DNA of 64,000 nt, from assembly GCA_963697755.1 (NCBI GenBank), contig CAVOPE010000014.1:107817-171816 (forward strand), written 5' to 3'. Made by a program: the position numbers and the translations under genes. A model generated the notes under the pieces. That model was not told the origin of the DNA. It did no database searches and saw only the letters and a program-made list of their open reading frames with translations. Positions 1 through 8,464 of the stretch are shown piece after piece. Position 1 is the stretch's first letter, and each line of letters opens with the position of its first letter. This DNA comes from an uncultured Gemmatimonadales bacterium (GTDB lineage Bacteria; Gemmatimonadota; Gemmatimonadetes; Gemmatimonadales; GWC2-71-9).

Positions 1-189
1 TCCGAGCGCGGCCACGTACGGAGCCGCGAGCAGGCAGATCGCCCCGGGAATGACGATCGGCCGGCGCAGCACGAGCCCGCCGGCCAGCGCGGCGGCGGCG
101 ACGAATCCCGCCAGCAGCGTCGCGTTGACGAGGTAGCCGTCCTCGGCGATCGCGGCCAGCCAGATCCCGGTCCCGGCAGCGCCCACCAC
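1..189 (-). CDS. membrane protein, 5' portion only (continues beyond window start)
   Basis: Minus-strand frame is stop-free to the window edge with G/C-rich third codon positions. Read from GTG at 189 (or 186) it gives VVGAAGTGIWLAAIAEDGYLVNATLLAGFVAAAALAGGLVLRRPIVIPGAICLLAAPYVAALG, i.e. hydrophobic helices. It lies directly downstream of the DUF58 gene. Not in the ORF track because it runs off the edge; start uncertain. Confidence 0.35.
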   Translation of the reverse strand, partial: MVGAAGTGIWLAAIAEDGYLVNATLLAGFVAAAALAGGLVLRRPIVIPGAICLLAAPYVAALG

Positions 190-206
190 GGCCGCGGCGC
201 CGGCGG

Positions 207-1472
207 CTAGACGCGCGCGATCTGCGCGTGGCGCCTGAATGCCCTCACCCCCTCCAGCACCGCGTCCAGAGGCGCGTCGTCGCTCCAGCTCGCCACGGCG
301 ACGCCGAGCCGCTCGTAGCGCGCGCGGATCTCGCTGCGCCGCAGCACCCAGAGCCGGTGCGCCAGCTTGTCCGACTCGCTCTCGCCCGGCTCGGTGAAAC
401 CGATCGGCGAGACCTCGATCACCGCGAGGTCGAATCCCCGGCCGCGCAGGTCGAGAAGCGCACGGATCACGCGCCAGTCGAGCAAGGGCGTGAGCGCGAC
501 GACGAGCGACTGCGGCGGCAGGACCCGCCGCGGGATCAGCCGCGGGTCGCGCCAGCGGTAGAAACGCGAGCTCTCGCTCGCCAGCACCGCGTCGACGATC
601 CGGTACTGCTGGCGCGCGCCGCCGGACGGAAGCACCCATTGCAGCTCCGCGCCGAAGGCGAGCAGCCCAACCCGGTCGCGCCGGGGGAGGTATGCCGACA
701 CGAGCGCCGCGGCGGCCCGCACGGAGAAGTCGAGCGTGCTCGCCTCCTCGGTCTGCGCCTGTGCGAGCGCGTCGAGGAAGCAGACCACGTCGGAGCTCCG
801 CTCGGGAAGCCGGTCGGCCACCAGCAGCCGCCCCCGGCGGGCGCTCGCGCGCCAGTTGATCCTGCGGACGCGGTCGCCGGCACGAAACTCGCGCGTCTCC
901 GCGAACTCGATGCCCTCGCCGGGCTGGCGCGCGGCGCGGTTGCCGCTCGCCGGCCGGGTCGCGAGCGGGGCGACGACGCGGCGGAGTCGCTCCACACGCG
1001 GGTACACGCGGATCACCTGTCCGCTCGCCGAGTCGGCGCCGACGACCAGCCCGACCGCGTGGCGGCCGGTGAGCTCCGGGCTGAGGGCGTACGCGCCCCA
1101 GCGGGCGCACGCGATCTGTGAACCCGAGCGTGCGCTCCGCGCCCGGTGCGACGCAAAGGATCCGGCGGCCGCTGCCGTCGAGCCCCCGGAGGCGCGGCGG
1201 CAGCGGCAGCTCGACGCTCGAGCCAGTCGAGTGCTGCGGACGCCGTGACGACGACCTTCACCTCGACGCTCGTCACCCTCGAGGACGCGGAGGCTCGACG
1301 CGTCGACCCTCGTGCGCGGAAGCACCGGGCGGCGCGCGGCGAGGCCGTACGCGAGGGGGACGAGGAAGGCGGCTCCGAGCGCCGTCGCGCTCGGCAACGA
1401 GCCGGCGAGCCCGACGAGCAGGCCGGCCGCCGCGAGCGCGGCGTACACCGGCGCCCGGCGGTCGAGTCTCAC
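207..1472 (-). pseudogene. DUF58 (vWA-like) protein of a MoxR operon; frame broken about 3 times as sequenced
   Basis: ORF 207..1775(-) carries DUF58 hallmarks (GEGIEFAETREFRAGDRVRRINWRASARRGRLLV, SSDVVCFLD). GTG at 1472 overlaps a TGA (GTGA). The N-terminal third must be pieced from three frames: [10 protein letters not shown], then VEVKVVVTASAALDWLE (ORF 1013..1276), then VELPLPPRLRGLDGSGRRILCVAPGAERTLGF, then QIACARWGAYALSPEL. The shifts lie near 1275, 1215 and 1125. Confidence 0.75.
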
Positions 1473-2434
1473 GGCAGCCTGTTCGTCGGCGACCGGGGCG
1501 GGCACGCTCGCGACGACTGATCTCACGATCTCCTCGGGATCGACGCGCTGGACCCAGGAGCTCCGGCGAGACGGTGAGCCGGTGGGCCAGTGCGGCGCCG
1601 CCACACGCTTCACGTCGTCGGGCTTCACGTAGTCCCGCCCGTCGAGCGCGGCATTCGCGCGCGCGAGCTTCATCAGCGCCAGCGACCCGCGCGGCGATGC
1701 GCCGACTTCGAGCTGCGGCGAGGCGCGCGTCGCAGCGGCGATCGCCACGGCGTAGGCGGCGACCGCCTCCGACACGTGGACGCCCTCGACGGCGGCCTGA
1801 AGCCGGAGCAGTTCCGTCCCGGTCGCAGACGGCCGCGAGCTCGACCCGCTCCTGCCCGCGCGCCGCGCGCGCGAGCAGCAGGTCGCGCTCCTCGGCCGGC
1901 TGGAGGTAGCCGAGCGAGAGCCGGAGCAGGAACCGGTCGAGCTGCGCCTCGGGCAGCGGGTAGGTGCCCTCGAACTCGATCGGGTTCTGGGTGGCGATCA
2001 CGAGGAGGCGGCGCGAGCGCGCGGTGCGTCCCGTCGATCGTCACCTGGCGCTCGCTCATCGCCTCGAGCAGCGCCGCCTGCGTCTTCGGCGGGGCGCGGT
2101 TGATCTCGTCCGCGAGGAGGATGTTCGTGAAGATCGGGCCCGGCTTGAACGTGAACGTGCTCGTCGCGCTGGTTGTAGATCGATGCAGCCGGTGACGTCG
2201 GTGGGCATGAGGTCGGGCGTGAACTGGACCCGTCCGAAGTCGACGGGCAGACCTCCGCCAGTGAGCGTGCCGATCAGCGTCTTCCCGAGCCCGGGCAGGT
2301 CCTCGATCAGCACGTGCCCCTCGGCAGAGCAGCGCGAGCAGGACGAGCTCGAGCCGGTCCCGCTTGCCGACGACCGCCCGTTCGAGCTCGTCGAGGATGC
2401 GGCCGGCGTGCTCCTGCACCTGTGCGAGCTGCAT
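1469..2434 (-). pseudogene. MoxR-type AAA+ ATPase; frame broken about 7 times as sequenced
   Basis: MoxR motifs are scattered over all three minus frames. They are [37 protein letters not shown] (ATG 2434, ATGA overlap with upstream gene), [13 protein letters not shown] (Walker A) and ASIYNQRDE. Further motifs are [111 protein letters not shown] and [17 protein letters not shown]. The 3' end is approximate. Confidence 0.8.
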
Positions 2435-2880
2435 CAGAGCGCCTCCAGGGAGACGACGACGTGCCGGAGCGACGCCAGGTCGATCCCCTCGGCAAACCGG
2501 TCGTGAGGCGGCTCGCGGTCGGAGCGCACGAGCTCCCACGTGTCGTCGCCGAGGGCACGCCGTGCAACCTCGGGACTTGCGTCGAGGTCGATCCCGCGGC
2601 GCGAACGGAGCAGCTCATACGCGATTCGGCGGAGTGTGGGGCGCAGGCGGAAGTGGAGGTCGAACGCCGTGGTCTGCCCGAGCGTAACCTCGCGCTCGAT
2701 CCGCTCGAGCTCGGGGACGCGCAGGGACGGGCGCGGGCGCCGGTTGAGAGCTGCATCCACGGGCGACGTCGTGCGCTGCGGCAGCGAGGCGCGGAGGCGT
2801 GCCAGCAGGTAGGCGAGGACGAATGCCGCGAGCAGGAGCGCGTAGACGCGCACGACGATCTCGGCCCGTCTCCCACGCAT
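2434..2880 (-). CDS. small membrane-anchored protein, first gene of the MoxR operon
   Basis: Within ORF 2434..2952(-). ATG at 2880 gives [29 protein letters not shown] (one TM helix) followed by a soluble domain. Its stop overlaps the MoxR start (ATGA). No family recognised. Confidence 0.55.
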   Translation of the reverse strand: MRGRRAEIVVRVYALLLAAFVLAYLLARLRASLPQRTTSPVDAALNRRPRPSLRVPELERIEREVTLGQTTAFDLHFRLRPTLRRIAYELLRSRRGIDLDASPEVARRALGDDTWELVRSDREPPHDRFAEGIDLASLRHVVVSLEAL

Positions 2881-3586
2881 CCTCGATCGCCATCTTGACG
2901 CCGCCCGGCTCCTGGTCGGGGAGGGCACCGTCGATCGAGTCGGTCCGGGCAATGATGACGATATTCACCCCGGTCGCCTCGGCTGCGGCCTTGATGGCCT
3001 TCAGCTTGGCCAGCCACTGCTGGCGGGTCACCAGCACCTTGTTCCGCTTCTGCTTGCCGACGTTGACGATGTGACCGCAGGTGCGGTTGGACGGGTCCTG
3101 GTTCTCCAGGTGGACACCGCCGGCCCCGACCCGGATCAGCTCGGTCGCCAGGGTGAACGTCTGGGTCGGTCCGCCGAAGCCCGCTTCCATATCCACGAAG
3201 GCCGGGGGTGCGTCGAGCAGGTCCTTCCCCTCGGTGTCGTACCAGCGGGTGTTGCGGGCGCCCTCGATGCCCTTCCGCATCTCCAGCACGAGCTCCACCA
3301 TCTGGTGCGATTGATAGATGCCGATGTCCGGGTACAGGCTCTTCGTGGCCGCGAGCTGCCAGCCGCTGCCGTACAACGTCTTGAACCCGAGGGTCGTCAT
3401 GATCGCCGAGGTGAAGGCGTCGTACGCCCCGGCGGTATGAAGGAAGGATTTCTTGGCTCGGGCTTCGTGCAAGAGCCGGCGGAGCTTGTCGGCCGGGACC
3501 TCGCTCTCCGGCGGAGCAAAGAGCCGGCCAACCGCCTCGGCCGGGTAGGACACCTTGGAGGACGAGGGTGGGGTCGCAGTCGCCAT
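2881..3586 (-). pseudogene. isocitrate lyase / PEP mutase family gene, 3'-truncated (about 235 codons of homology)
   Basis: ORF 2615..3586(-) starts after a GAAGGAGAGAG RBS-like stretch. Family motifs are FVDMEAGFGG, NRTCGHIVNVGKQKRNKVLV (ICL-type K-x-CGH signature region) and IIARTDS. Homology stops at about AIEDAWE, exactly where the next gene's ATG (2880) lies. The expected 100-150 C-terminal residues appear in no frame. Confidence 0.6.
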
Positions 3587-3607
3587 GGCTCTCTCCTTCA
3601 GATGGAT

Positions 3608-3637
3608 CGCGGCGCCCCCGTCGGGCGGGGCGCCGCG
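3608..3637. promoter_or_regulatory. perfect 11-bp GC hairpin (CGCGGCGCCCC / GGGGCGCCGCG, 8-nt loop) in the leader of the ICL-like gene
   Basis: Read directly from the sequence. It lies about 20 nt upstream (minus-strand sense) of the RBS/ATG at 3586, in the divergent intergenic region. Function unknown. Confidence 0.3.
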
Positions 3638-3674
3638 CGTCTTGGCCGTGCCGGAGGGCGTCGGCCAAAAGGTT

Positions 3675-3690
3675 TGTGAAACTATTCACA
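3675..3690. promoter_or_regulatory. TGTGA-N6-TCACA palindrome (CRP/FNR-family operator-like)
   Basis: tTGTGAaactatTCACAa is a perfect match to both half-sites of the classical CRP consensus core. It lies in an AT-richer patch of the 230-bp divergent region between the ICL-like gene and the first polysaccharide gene (ATG 3817). Confidence 0.45.
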
Positions 3691-3816
3691 ATATGGCAAG
3701 AGGTCGCCGCTTGCGCCAGACCCCCTAGTTTGGGGTGGCGTCCCGAACCGCGCAATTCCTCGCAGGCCCGGGTCCCGCTTAGATTTGGGCGACCCGAGCC
3801 CTGACCCCCGAGAGCC

Positions 3817-4878
3817 ATGTTCATCACCAAGCCGTTCGTCCGGGACCGGAAGATCCGGTTCGCCCTCGTCGGCTGCGGCCGCATCTCCACCAACCATTTC
3901 GACGCCCTCGACCGGCACAAGGACCGGGCGGAGCTCGTCGGCGTCTGCGACATCGACCTGGACAGCCTGTCCCGCGCCGAGGCGCGGACCGGGGCGCCGG
4001 GGTTCCGGTCGCTCGAGGCGATGCTGGCCGGCACCGAGGCCGACGTGGTTATCCTGGCCACGCCCAGCGGGCTCCACGCCGACCAGGCCATCCAGGTGGC
4101 CGCCGCGGGCCGGCACGTGATGACCGAGAAGCCGATGGCCACCCGCTGGCGGGACGGGAAGCGGATGGTCTACGCCTGCGACCAGGCCGGTGTCCATCTC
4201 TTCGTCGTCAAGCAGAACCGGCGGAACGCCACCCTGCAACTGCTCAAGCGGGCGGTCGAGAAGAAGCGCTTCGGCCGGATCTACATGGTCAACATCAACG
4301 TCTTCTGGGCCAGGCCGCAGTCGTACTACGACAGCGCCGCCTGGCGGGGGACGTGGGAATTCGACGGCGGCGCCTTCATGAACCAGGCCAGCCACTATGT
4401 CGACCTGCTGGACTGGCTGATCGGGCCGGTGGAGAGCGTGCAGGCCTACACGGCCACGCTGGCCCGCAACATCCAGGTGGAAGACACGGGCGTCGTGAGC
4501 ATCCGCTGGCGGACGGGCGCGCTCGGCAGCATGAATGTCACGATGCTGACTTACCCGAAGAACCTCGAGGGCTCGATCACGATCATCGGGGAGAAGGGCA
4601 CGGTCCGGATCGGCGGGGTGGCCGTCAACCAGATCGAGCAATGGTCGTTCGCGGAGCCGGATCCCGACGACGCGAGCGTGCAGCAGGCGAGCTACGATAC
4701 GACGTCGGTCTACGGCATCGGCCATCCGCTGTACTACGACAACGTCATCAAAGCGCTGCGAGGCGAGGAGCCCCCCGCCACCGACGGGCGCGAGGGGCTC
4801 CACTCGCTGGAGATCCTTATCGCCACTTACATCTCCGCGCGAGACGGGCGCCGCGTCGCGCTGCCGCTCGAGGTCTAA
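3817..4878 (+). CDS. Gfo/Idh/MocA-family NAD-dependent sugar oxidoreductase (WbpB-like)
   Basis: ORF 3817..4878. N-terminal Rossmann [16 protein letters not shown], then [30 protein letters not shown], and a C-terminal GFO_IDH_MocA_C-like half. First gene of the sugar cluster. Confidence 0.85.
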   Translation: MFITKPFVRDRKIRFALVGCGRISTNHFDALDRHKDRAELVGVCDIDLDSLSRAEARTGAPGFRSLEAMLAGTEADVVILATPSGLHADQAIQVAAAGRHVMTEKPMATRWRDGKRMVYACDQAGVHLFVVKQNRRNATLQLLKRAVEKKRFGRIYMVNINVFWARPQSYYDSAAWRGTWEFDGGAFMNQASHYVDLLDWLIGPVESVQAYTATLARNIQVEDTGVVSIRWRTGALGSMNVTMLTYPKNLEGSITIIGEKGTVRIGGVAVNQIEQWSFAEPDPDDASVQQASYDTTSVYGIGHPLYYDNVIKALRGEEPPATDGREGLHSLEILIATYISARDGRRVALPLEV

Positions 4879-4898
4879 CGGTGGTCAACGGAAGCGCC

Positions 4899-5783
4899 GT
4901 GGGCCGCAAGGGGATCATCCTGGCCGGCGGCTCGGGCACGCGACTGCACCCGGTCACCCGCGCGATCTGCAAGCAGCTACTGCCGATCTACGACAAGCCC
5001 ATGATCTACTACCCCCTCAGCACGCTGATGCTGGGAGGGATGCGCGAGATCCTGGTCATCTCGACGCCGCAGGACCTGCCGGCGTTCGAGCGCCTGCTCG
5101 GCGACGGCTCCCAATGGGGACTGTCGCTCTGCTACATGGTGCAGCCTTCGCCCGACGGCCTGGCGCAGGCGTTCCTGCTCGGGCGGGAGTTTCTGGGGCG
5201 CGATCCGAGCTGCCTCGTGCTGGGGGACAATATCTTCTACGGGCAGGATCTGAGCGCGACGCTGCAGCGCGCGGCGGCGCGGCCGACGGGCGCCACGGTA
5301 TTCGGCTACCACGTGCACAATCCGTCGGCGTACGGTGTGGTCGAGTTCGACGCCGCCGGCAAAGTGATCGGGATCGAGGAGAAACCCGCCCGTCCGCGCT
5401 CGAACTACGTGGTGACCGGCCTCTACTTCTACGACGCCCACGTGGTGGACATCGCTGGCGAGATCCGTCCCTCGGCGAGAGGGGAGCTAGAGATCTCCGA
5501 CGTGAACGCGCGCTACCTCGCACTGGGCACCCTCGAGGTCGAGATCCTCCGGCGCGGCACCGCGTGGCTCGACACCGGCACGCACGAGTCACTCCTCCAG
5601 GCGGGCACCTTCATCCAGACGATCGAGGAGCGGCAGGGACTCAAGATCGCCTGCCCGGAGGAGATCGCGTATCGGATGGGGTATATCGACGCCGAGCAGG
5701 TCGCGCGGCTGGCGCAGCCGCTGGTGAAGACGACGTACGGGCAGTATCTCCTGCAGATGCTGCAGGACCCCCGCCGTCCGTGA
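4899..5783 (+). CDS. rmlA: glucose-1-phosphate thymidylyltransferase
   Basis: Within ORF 4353..5783. [51 protein letters not shown] plus the rest are textbook RmlA. In-frame GTG at 4899 (alternative 4881). The upstream part of the ORF overlaps the previous gene and is not coding. Confidence 0.95.
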   Translation: MGRKGIILAGGSGTRLHPVTRAICKQLLPIYDKPMIYYPLSTLMLGGMREILVISTPQDLPAFERLLGDGSQWGLSLCYMVQPSPDGLAQAFLLGREFLGRDPSCLVLGDNIFYGQDLSATLQRAAARPTGATVFGYHVHNPSAYGVVEFDAAGKVIGIEEKPARPRSNYVVTGLYFYDAHVVDIAGEIRPSARGELEISDVNARYLALGTLEVEILRRGTAWLDTGTHESLLQAGTFIQTIEERQGLKIACPEEIAYRMGYIDAEQVARLAQPLVKTTYGQYLLQMLQDPRRP

Positions 5784-6328
5784 TCGCCACGCCGGCTGCC
5801 ATTCCGGAGGTCCTGCTCCTGGAGCCGGTGGTGCACGGCGACCGGCGCGGCTTCTTCCTCGAGACCTGGCACGAGCCCCGGTACGTCGCGGCCGGCATTC
5901 CCGGACCGTTCGTCCAAGACAATCACAGCCGCTCGGTGGGCCACACGCTTCGAGGGCTGCACTACCAGGTGCGGCAGCCGCAGGGAAAGCTGGTGCGTGC
6001 GGCGGCGGGCGCCATCTTCGATGTGGCGGTGGATCTGCGGCGGTCGTCGCCGACGTTCGGGCGCTGGGTGGGTGCGGTGCTCAGCGACGAGAACCACCAC
6101 CAGCTCTGGATCCCGCCTGGCTTCGCCCACGGATTCTACGTCCTGAGCGCGCAGGCCGACGTCATGTACAAGTGCACCGTCCCCTACGCTGCGCAGCTCG
6201 ACCGCGCGCTCCGGTGGGACGATGCGGCGCTGGGAATCGCCTGGCCGCTGGCCGGCGCCGGCCCACCGCTGCTTTCGGCCAAGGACGCGGCGGCGCCTGG
6301 CCTGCAGGACATCGAGGCGTATCCGTGA
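5780..6328 (+). CDS. rmlC: dTDP-4-dehydrorhamnose 3,5-epimerase
   Basis: Within ORF 5114..6328. GTG 5780 overlaps the rmlA TGA (GTGA). Motifs [45 protein letters not shown]. Confidence 0.93.
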   Translation: MIATPAAIPEVLLLEPVVHGDRRGFFLETWHEPRYVAAGIPGPFVQDNHSRSVGHTLRGLHYQVRQPQGKLVRAAAGAIFDVAVDLRRSSPTFGRWVGAVLSDENHHQLWIPPGFAHGFYVLSAQADVMYKCTVPYAAQLDRALRWDDAALGIAWPLAGAGPPLLSAKDAAAPGLQDIEAYP

Positions 6329-7209
6329 CGGCCACGCCTGCCAGCCGGGCGCTGATCACCGGTGGGGCGGGACAAGTAGGGTTGGCCCTGCAGGCCAAGG
6401 TTCCGAGCGGGTGGACCGTCGTCGCCTGCGGGGTGGACCAGCTCGACGTCACCCGGCCCGACCAGGTCCGCGAGGTTTTGCGCCGCGAGCGGCCGGCGGT
6501 CGTGATCCACACGGCCGCTTACACCGCGGTCGACGCGGCGGAGTTCGACGTGGCCACGGCCGAGTCGGTGAATGCCCGCGGCACGGCGCACGTGGCCGAG
6601 GCAGCGCGAGAAGTGGGCGCGCGGCTGCTGTACGTGTCGACCGATTTCGTGTTCGACGGCGCTAGCGGCCGGCCGTACGCTCCGGACGATCTGCCCCAGC
6701 CGCTCGGCGTCTACGGCCGGACCAAGCTCGCGGCCGAGGGCGAGGCGAGGCGAGCGCTGGGCGACCGGGCCGTCATCCTGCGCACGGCATGGGTCTACTC
6801 GCGGCACGGCCAGAACTTCGTCCGCACCATGCTCCGGCTCATGCAAGAGCGGGAAGAGGTCGGCGTCGTCGCCGACCAGATCGGCACGCCCACCTGGGCC
6901 GACTCGCTGGCGGACGCACTCTGGGCGGTGGCCATCCGGCCCGTGGCCGGCGTTCTGCACTGGACCGACGCGGGTGTGGCCAGCTGGTACGATTTCGCGG
7001 TGGCGATCCAGGAGGAGGCGGTCGCGGCCGGGCTGCTGCCGCGGGCGGTGCCGATCCGGCCGCTCCGCACCGGCGAGTATCCGGCGGCCGCGCCGCGCCC
7101 GCCCTACAGCGTCCTCGACAAGAGCACCACCTGGGCGCTGCTCGGCCGCACTCCGCCCCATTGGCGGGTCAATCTGCGACGCATGCTTCAGGAGCTCGCC
7201 CGTGGCTAA
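6325..7209 (+). CDS. rmlD: dTDP-4-dehydrorhamnose reductase
   Basis: Within ORF 6172..7209. GTG 6325 overlaps the rmlC TGA. Motifs LITGGAGQVG, VIHTAAYTAVDAAE, YVSTDFVFDG, YGRTKLAAE. Confidence 0.92.
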   Translation: MTATPASRALITGGAGQVGLALQAKVPSGWTVVACGVDQLDVTRPDQVREVLRRERPAVVIHTAAYTAVDAAEFDVATAESVNARGTAHVAEAAREVGARLLYVSTDFVFDGASGRPYAPDDLPQPLGVYGRTKLAAEGEARRALGDRAVILRTAWVYSRHGQNFVRTMLRLMQEREEVGVVADQIGTPTWADSLADALWAVAIRPVAGVLHWTDAGVASWYDFAVAIQEEAVAAGLLPRAVPIRPLRTGEYPAAAPRPPYSVLDKSTTWALLGRTPPHWRVNLRRMLQELARG

Positions 7210-7249
7210 CCTCCTCGTCACCGGCGGAGCCGGCTTCATCGGCGCGAAC
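7202..7249 (+). pseudogene. 16-codon N-terminal stub of a lost dTDP-glucose 4,6-dehydratase gene
   Basis: GTG at 7202 overlaps the rmlD stop (GTGGCTAA) and reads VANLLVTGGAGFIGAN, then unrelated LKPACCRALFEG-stop. The intact rmlB 150 nt downstream starts MRSLLVTGGAGFIGAN, with different (less GC-rich) synonymous positions. Confidence 0.7.
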
Positions 7250-7351
7250 TTGAAGCCCGCGTGCTGCAGGGCTTTATTTGAGGGCTAGGGTGCAATTCAA
7301 CTCCTCCTCGCTGCCAGCGAAGGACCGACGCGCGATCCATGCCTCACTGCC

Positions 7352-8461
7352 TTGCGTAGTCTCCTCGTGACCGGTGGTGCCGGGTTCATCGGCGCCAATT
7401 TCGTCCATTACTGGCTGGGCGCGCATCCTTCCGATCGCGTCCTCGTCCTCGACGCCCTGACCTACGCAGGAAATCTGTCGAGCCTCGAAACCGCCCGGTC
7501 GCAGCCGCAGTTTACGTTCGTGCGCGGCGACATCCGCGACGATGAGCTCACGGCGCGCCTGCTTAGGGAGCACGACGTGACTACCATCGTGCACTTCGCG
7601 GCCGAATCGCACGTGGATCGCTCGATCCACGGCCCCGACGCCTTCGTCGACACCAACATGGTGGGTACCCACGCGATGCTGAAAGCGGCGCGGCGCGTTT
7701 GGCTGGATGAGCGGAACGGCCCGCCCGAGGTTCGGTTCCATCACGTCTCAACGGACGAAGTGTATGGCTCCCTCGGCGCCGACGAGCCCGCGTTCCGCGA
7801 GGACACCGCCTACGCGCCCAATTCGCCTTACGCGGCGAGCAAGGCGGGCTCCGACCACCTGGTTCGGGCCTACCACCATACGTATGGGCTCCCGGTCACG
7901 ACGAGTAACTGCTCGAACAATTACGGTCCGTTCCAGTTTCCTGAAAAGCTGATCCCGTTCATGCTGGTAAACGCGCTCCTGGGGAAGCCGTTGCCGATCT
8001 ACGGCGACGGGCTCAACGTGCGTGACTGGCTCTACGTCGAGGATCACTGCCGGGCGGTGGAGCGTGTGCTGCTCGCGGGCCAGCTGGGCGAGACGTACAA
8101 TGTGGGCGGGCGCAATGAGTGGCCCAACATCGAGATCGTGCGTCTTCTCTGCCAGCTCGTCGATGAGGCGGTGGACGCCGATCCGAATCTTTCGGCGCGC
8201 TTCCCGAGCTGCCCCGCGTCGAGCGGCCGGGAGACGGCCTCGCTCATGACATTCGTGAAGGACCGTCCCGGCCACGATCGCCGCTACGCCATTGACGCCG
8301 ATCGTATCGAGCGCGAGCTCGATTTCACGCCGGCGGAGACCTTCGAGACGGGCATCCGGAAGACCCTCGCCTGGTATCTCGGGAACGAGCCTTGGTGGCG
8401 ACGCGTGATGGACGGCAGCTATCGCGCTTGGCTCGAGCGGCAGTACAGCGCTGCGCTCTGA
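7352..8461 (+). CDS. rmlB: dTDP-glucose 4,6-dehydratase
   Basis: ORF 7352..8461 (TTG start). Motifs LLVTGGAGFIGANF, DALTYAGN, HFAAESHVDRS, YAASKAGSDHLV, SNCSNNYGPFQFPEKLIP. Visibly lower GC than rmlACD. Confidence 0.95.
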   Translation: MRSLLVTGGAGFIGANFVHYWLGAHPSDRVLVLDALTYAGNLSSLETARSQPQFTFVRGDIRDDELTARLLREHDVTTIVHFAAESHVDRSIHGPDAFVDTNMVGTHAMLKAARRVWLDERNGPPEVRFHHVSTDEVYGSLGADEPAFREDTAYAPNSPYAASKAGSDHLVRAYHHTYGLPVTTSNCSNNYGPFQFPEKLIPFMLVNALLGKPLPIYGDGLNVRDWLYVEDHCRAVERVLLAGQLGETYNVGGRNEWPNIEIVRLLCQLVDEAVDADPNLSARFPSCPASSGRETASLMTFVKDRPGHDRRYAIDADRIERELDFTPAETFETGIRKTLAWYLGNEPWWRRVMDGSYRAWLERQYSAAL

Positions 8462-8464
8462 GCG

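Noticed and set aside
4353-4898. Long N-terminal extensions of the rmlA, rmlC (5114-5779) and rmlD (6172-6324) ORFs
   Set aside because: The extensions overlap the preceding well-supported genes. Family homology begins at internal GTG codons that form GTGA stop/start overlaps.
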